Below, one piece after another: positions 58,580-64,000 of a DNA stretch of 64,000 nucleotides. Both the position numbers and the translations under genes were made by a program. Source of the stretch: Anthoceros angustus (Eukaryota > Plantae > Anthocerotophyta); assembly GCA_010909165.1 (NCBI GenBank), contig MU008169.1:868001-932000 (forward strand), read 5' to 3'. The notes under the pieces are model-generated. The model was not told where the DNA came from. It ran no database searches and saw only the letters and a program-made list of their open reading frames with translations. Positions within the stretch are counted from its first letter, which is position 1. Every line of letters begins with the position of its first letter.

Positions 58580-59537
58580 GTGTTGAAGGCGTGGGAGGCG
58601 GGCCATACCGAATCATCTATGATTCGGATGGCAATTTGTCCGCATCGTATCGATGTGGAGTGCCATCAAAAGATTGAGCGGCGTTTGGGGAGGCGCAAGC
58701 TGCGGCGAGGAGGCGGCCACTCACGAGGCAGAGTTGGCCGAGCTCATTGTGGAGCTGGAGGCAGCTGGGGTCTGTGGGCGGAAGAAGAAGAGGGTGCCCA
58801 ACCGCGGCAGCGGCACACCCAAGCCCCGAGGTGGACGCAAACCGGCAGTGGGGAAGATGGATGGGGGGCAAGGCGGAGGTGCGAACTCCGTGCTCGTGTG
58901 AGGAGGCGGTGGTGCAAGCACCATGAGGAATGGGGCAGGCACATCCCAAGGCGGCCTTCAGGAGTCTGCGCCCCAAGAGTTTCAGGGCATTATGGCGTCC
59001 ACTCGCTCATCGCTGATTGCTATCGATGCAGCCATGAGTGGCGCCATGGCCATGCTGCTGGAGGTCGTGGACAAGGTGCGCGACCTAAGGTTGCGCTGCA
59101 CGAAGGTGGAGGGCATGATGGAGAGGATGCCCCCAAGTGCCCCTAACTTGCAGGCAGGTGGAAGCCCGAGTGCAGCAGCGCTCATGGATATCATGAACGC
59201 AGCGATGTAGGTAGCTGTATCCATGTCTGAAGGAGCTGCGCACCCGAGACCTCCCCCCCCCTCTTGCTAGCCCTGCCCACCTCTCCCCTTTCCCCCACAC
59301 CCAGCTTTCCATTTCATGCAGGGGATGCTGTCTGCTCCACCTCCACCTCCAATTCTACAGGTGCAGGCGGCGGCACCTCGCCATGGTATGCCACAGCCGG
59401 CTGCAGTTGCCTCTTCCCCGTTGCGGGCTCCTCCCCCTCAGGCTGCGCCGAGGCAGCCTCCAAGCTCGGAAGCGGAGGGGCGACGCACTGGGGCACAAGA
59501 GGATGGAGGCCCTGCTCTACGACTCTTTCCAGATTGA
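58580..59537 (+). pseudogene. Decayed TE-like gene with in-frame TGA stops, basic patch and Pro-rich tail
   Basis: ORFs 58653-58901 and 58923-59210 are in the same frame and separated by one TGA. Another in-frame TGA lies at 58620-58622. Probable last exon is 59320-59537. Confidence 0.4.
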
Positions 59538-59760
59538 GCGGAGCAGGTTGTAGGATTTTTTGTAGGTAGGTGTTTTGAGACCTCGCACCATGAGGTGGGA
59601 GTGCAAACTTGAACATGTGGTTTTTGTGGCCAATTGTGCAAACATGAGTGACTGAGCACAAGTGTCTGCTTTTCAATCTGTTTTGTTGCTTCAAGACTGT
59701 GGTCTACGACTCGGTCTATGGATTCCATATCCAAATGACACAACGACACCGTAATCAGTG

Positions 59761-60778
59761 TCAAGGCAGATCATTGTGACCTGCACAATTTTGCAGAGCC
59801 CAACAAACGTTGCACTTGAGAATCACAGGCGCCACCTTTCCCATCTCAGGCAGTGAATGGTGCATCATAAGACTGCTTTCCTTCATTTGCCGAGCTTGTA
59901 TGACCATCCCATCTGCGAAATCCTTCTGAAGTTGCCTAAAAAGCAAGACACTTGCATTCAGTCAGTCCTGGCTGCCAGACTGCACAAAAATCGTGAAACA
60001 ATGGTGCAACATGCTAAGGAAACAACACGCAGCTGCATGAACACCGGTGTCACCTCAAGATGTTGTGTGTGTCAGCGTCCAATTTCCTTCATTTCCCGAG
60101 CTTGTATGACCATCCCATCTGCGAAATCCTTCTGAAGTTGCCTGAAAAGCAAGGCACTTGCATTCAGTCAGTCCTGGCTGCTTGACTGAACAAAAATCAT
60201 GAAACAAAGGTGCAACACGCTAAGGATACAACACGCAGCTGCATGAACAACGGTGTCTCTGCAAGATCTTGTGTGTGTGAGAGTTCAATTTCTGATCATC
60301 TCCACCTGCATGACAGCTCTCCTTTTTGCTGTCCTTGTCCTTGACGCTTGTTGACACAAGCCCTGAGAGAAGCAACAACATAATTGTCACATGCCCACGC
60401 CGCACCATCACCTAATATGCTCAGTGCACAAAAAGCGTTACAGTTCGTCCTCACATGTTCCGTCTCCTAAGACACGCAGGGTCACTCTGAGCGGGCACAG
60501 ATGCAGCATGAGGAACAGGGTGTTGGATGTCTGGCCCAACAGACGTGACGGCAGCCGTGGATGCCAGATTCAAATGACTATCATCTTCTGGTCTGAAGCT
60601 GTCCCATACATCCAACTGCAAGCATAACAGAAGCATGTTAGTACTCAACCACACCGAAACGTAGGGAATGCTCCCACATCCTCTCCTTCCTGCACATACA
60701 GTGAAAGCAACATGTCTAAGCGGAGGATTTGCATTCAGTTTCTCAGCCACCGCGGGCCACACTTGCGAACAAAAATTC
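59761..60778 (-). pseudogene. Myb/SANT-like (trihelix or transposon ORF1-type) gene fragments with a tandemly duplicated exon
   Basis: Exon EFLFASVWPAVAEKLNANPPLRHVAFT (60778-60700) and a 206-bp direct duplication 59877-60082/60083-60290. Confidence 0.35.
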
Positions 60779-61309
60779 CTGCATGTATGTGTTGCCCGCC
60801 TGTTTCAAATGTATGTGTGCTGATCGGATGGAAACCCTAAAACCCTAAAGAAGAAAAGATCTGCATGACATTATCGGAACACCAGGCCGATGAACGTGTG
60901 ATATAATGTTTTTTCCCCGCGTACGAACCCTGAGAAGTTGATGTGGCACGTATTATACGTGTATTATACATAAGTATCTAAAAGATGCCGTGGCATATTC
61001 TCGTAGCGTACACCGAAAAAAAAGAAAGTCACACACACGCTCCCGTGTGACCAGATCGGTATTCCATAATTTGGTCATAATTTGATCTTCGTAATTTGGG
61101 GTTGGGATGATCACGAGAAAGCTGAAAGAAAGAAGAGTTTTCACATAGTGCACATATCAAGCACAATAATCTGAAGTACCTAAACCTTAAGGTCTGAAAA
61201 GTCTAGTATAACAGTATGCATGAAGAGTGTCATGTTTCTATCTCTCTGCTTTTGGAACACGTTTCTTCTTAGCATCAGAAAGACCGTCCATAGGGTGGAA
61301 CTCTCATCA

Positions 61310-62060
61310 TCATCAAAAGAGAGTTTGATGGACTTGTTGGAAAATGATAGCCCTATATTCACAGGAGGTTATGGGAGGCCCATCGTCTTTACGGTGCTAT
61401 GCAAGAACAAGATAATCGCATTGTGCCCAGCACTATGACATTTGTGTGGTTCCCACGCACAGGAGTGCGCATATGTGGGCACACCAGCTCTGGGGAAGGG
61501 GAAGAGAACAAGAACGCCAAGCTGATCAAGGTTTTTGTGGCCAAAAGTTTGGTCAACATGTATGCAAAATGTGGTAGCTTGCACAATGCCCGAAGAGTGT
61601 TTGATGGACATGTTTCAAAAGGATCTTGTGACATGGAACGCCATAATATTAGGGTGTTTTAGCAGGGCATGGGACAGGAAGCCCTCATTTTTACAGTGTT
61701 ATGCAAGAAGAAGGCATGGCTGTACCTGACTCTGTGACATTTGTGTGCCTCATGGCATGCGACTCGACTGTGACATTTGTTGCCTCATGGTCATGCGACT
61801 CGACTGTGACATTTGTGTGCCTCATGCACTCGACTCTGTGACACATGTGTGCCTCATGGCATGCGACTCTGTGACATTTGTGTGCCTCATGGCATGCGAC
61901 TCGACTGTGACATTTGTGTGCCTCCCGTGATGCAGACATGTATGCGGCGGTACTCTGACCTGGACAAGGGAGGTAGCTTCAACAACACATTAGACAACAA
62001 CTTTACGCTGACGTGTTTCTCGCTAACAGCTTGGTGAATAGGAACGCGAAGTGCGGCAGT
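61310..62060 (+). pseudogene. Frameshifted PPR fragment derived from the 47500-48130 type of sequence
   Basis: gtttggtcaacatgtatgcaaaatgtggtagcttgca matches 47782-47818. gcaagaagaaggcatggctgtacctgactctgtgacatttgtgtgcctc matches 47939-47987. Confidence 0.88.
61732..61925 (+). repeat. 32-36-bp minisatellite (6 units) amplified from PPR coding sequence
   Basis: Unit ctgtgacatttgtgtgcctcatggcatgcgact(cga). Confidence 0.9.
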
Positions 62061-62079
62061 CTCCCTACTAGAAAAGGGC

Positions 62080-64000
62080 ACCCTATGTTACACTTTATGT
62101 TAAGATTTGGACCCCTGGATGTAACACTCATGTTGCAATTTTGGGGTCATGTAACACTTTTGGGCCCCTTGTTACACTTTGGCTTGGAAACCATACCACG
62201 GCCGTTGTTGCAATCATGTTGCAATAGTGTTGCAATTATGTTAAGATGAAGTGAGAGGTGGTTTTGCCTCTCTCAAAATTGCAACATGATTGCAACATCT
62301 AAAGTGTTACAAGAGAGGTCTTGTAACACTTTTGGAGGCTTGGTACCGAACCTCCTCCCCATCCACTATTCCTTTTACTTTTGCCCTTGGCAATACCACG
62401 CTTTACTTGGTAGTTACCAATACGCCTTCAATACGACCATATATAAAATACATCAATACATCCTTATACTATACACATGTAGTCTACTGATAAATGTAAT
62501 ATATTATTCTAAGTGCTATAAGGGCGTATTCAATTTCATATAAAATAAGTTTGTATACTATGCGTATTCCATACGTACAATGTACATATTCATGGTACGG
62601 TACTATGTATTTACTATACGTGTAAATAGCGCCGGCTCTTTCTACCCCTACTTTATAGCATGCCGGTGTGCGGTTTGTCCTTCCACGTCACCAATAGCCA
62701 ACGGCTTCCACCATGGCCCCCACTGTCCCCACCTATCACCTTATTGTGACGCATCACTGTGAGGTTATGCCCCTACAAGATTGTGCTGTGCGGAGGAGTT
62801 TTGGTATGCTCTGGCTTATGCTTTTACGCCTCCATGTAAGGCACTTCCTACTCCATCGTATGCACCCCAGGAAACTTCCGCCTCCTGCTCGATTCCCAAT
62901 TTTCTTCTTCCCCTCACTTGCGTTGGCGGAGGCAAGCTTTGCCACTTCTACCGCTTCCTCCCCTCGCCTCACACGTTGCACATACAAACCAGCATGGCCA
63001 TCATGAGTTACCCAACGTTAATGGGTGTACCAATCACCATAGCGACCATTTGCCTTACCTTCCTCCGGTCCCTCCTCGTATCTTACGCCTTCTTGGTGGG
63101 CATTTCCTCGTCCTCCTTCTTCCGGCCGCCTTGCCCTTGTCACTGCCCACCGCCGCCGCCTACTCCTCCTCCTCTTTTCCTCTTCGCCCGCCACCCTTTA
63201 TCGCAGTGGCGTTGCCTCAACTGGGCTCCACTATGTAGGTCCATGCTCTCGATCGGAGGCTGCAAGATATGTGTCCGCACGAAATTAGGCACATCGTCCT
63301 CTTCAAGACTCCTCTGCGGCCCATGTTATCCGCAGGCCCCCACGCCCCGTCCCCTTGCCTCCATCTGCAATCGCCTTTGCCCATATCAAAGGCGCCGCAT
63401 GATGCCCTCTTGACCTCCTTCATTCTCTCTCCCTCGACATCCGCCTCATGCTAGTGGCGCCTTTTGGCCCCGCCCAGCATGGATCTGCTGGGTGATCCAC
63501 CGCCGCCCGCCACCCGCCTCCTACTCCCCTGCTTTTTGGCTGTCCACCGTGCACACAAGTGTGTTTCCTCCTGTGACGGATCGTTGCCCCTCCGTGGTCC
63601 ACCACCCGACTCCCCGCCTCCACACTCATTGTTCCCGCCATTCAACTGCCACTCCATCCGATCCCAACGGCCTCCACCTCCGCAAACATGGCGTCACCTT
63701 CCGGTCTCGGGCACTCCTCCACCTCTTCTCCATTTGCTTGCTGCCCACGTGACATGCCTCGCCGCCCGCCTCCACTCACACCATTCCTGTGCATGCTTCC
63801 ACCAAACACAGGCGATCGTGGTGTCGCGGCACCACAATTTCGCCCATACCGCCTCTTCTTCCTCCCTCACCTTGCGCCCTCGTGACGCGTGGCCCGTCTC
63901 CACTTCACCGCTCGTTCATGCCGCCTTTCCCCCTTCCAATACGTTGTGCCCGCCTCCTCTCCTCCTCCCCCAAGCCCCTTCCGCCATCTGCATTCCTTCC
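62080..64000. mobile_element. Probable DNA-transposon remnant (subterminal repeats, AT-rich block, pyrimidine-rich GC block)
   Basis: Repeated gt(t/a)acact motifs at 62085-62180 and a 19-bp perfect inverted repeat at 62207-62225/62278-62296. No recognisable protein is encoded. Confidence 0.3.

Overview
Gene-dense nuclear DNA of a land plant. Short GT-AG introns, about 50% GC coding sequence and very long PLS-type PPR genes suggest a seed-free plant such as a hornwort, lycophyte or fern (inference only). Positions 1-7.5 kb hold a decayed Ty3/gypsy gag-protease fragment, dispersed and tandem repeats, and a TA-duplicating MITE whose empty site is preserved next to it. Positions 7.5-26 kb hold an intact CLASSY/DRD1-family SNF2 remodeller gene (17070-20900) and four rearranged partial copies of it: two helicase-C-only, one N-terminus-only and one inverted. 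The ENR and LTPG genes also lie here, head-to-head. Positions 27-52 kb hold an F-box gene, dapB, a very long GIL1/IRKI-like gene, a stand-alone SAWADEE reader gene, a divergent pair of PLS-E PPR genes and QPT. Both PPR genes trail relics of a DYW domain and are separated by a foldback element. Positions 52-64 kb are an accessory zone containing an unrecognised multi-pass membrane protein with (VGGETQ)10 repeats and its pseudogene, an orphan ORF, shuffled PPR fragments, an integrase-core-like transposase remnant and a minisatellite derived from PPR coding sequence. The most interesting lead is the RdDM-related locus (CLASSY/DRD1, its domain-split and antisense copies, and the nearby SAWADEE gene). 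All calls were made by eye; no database searches were run.
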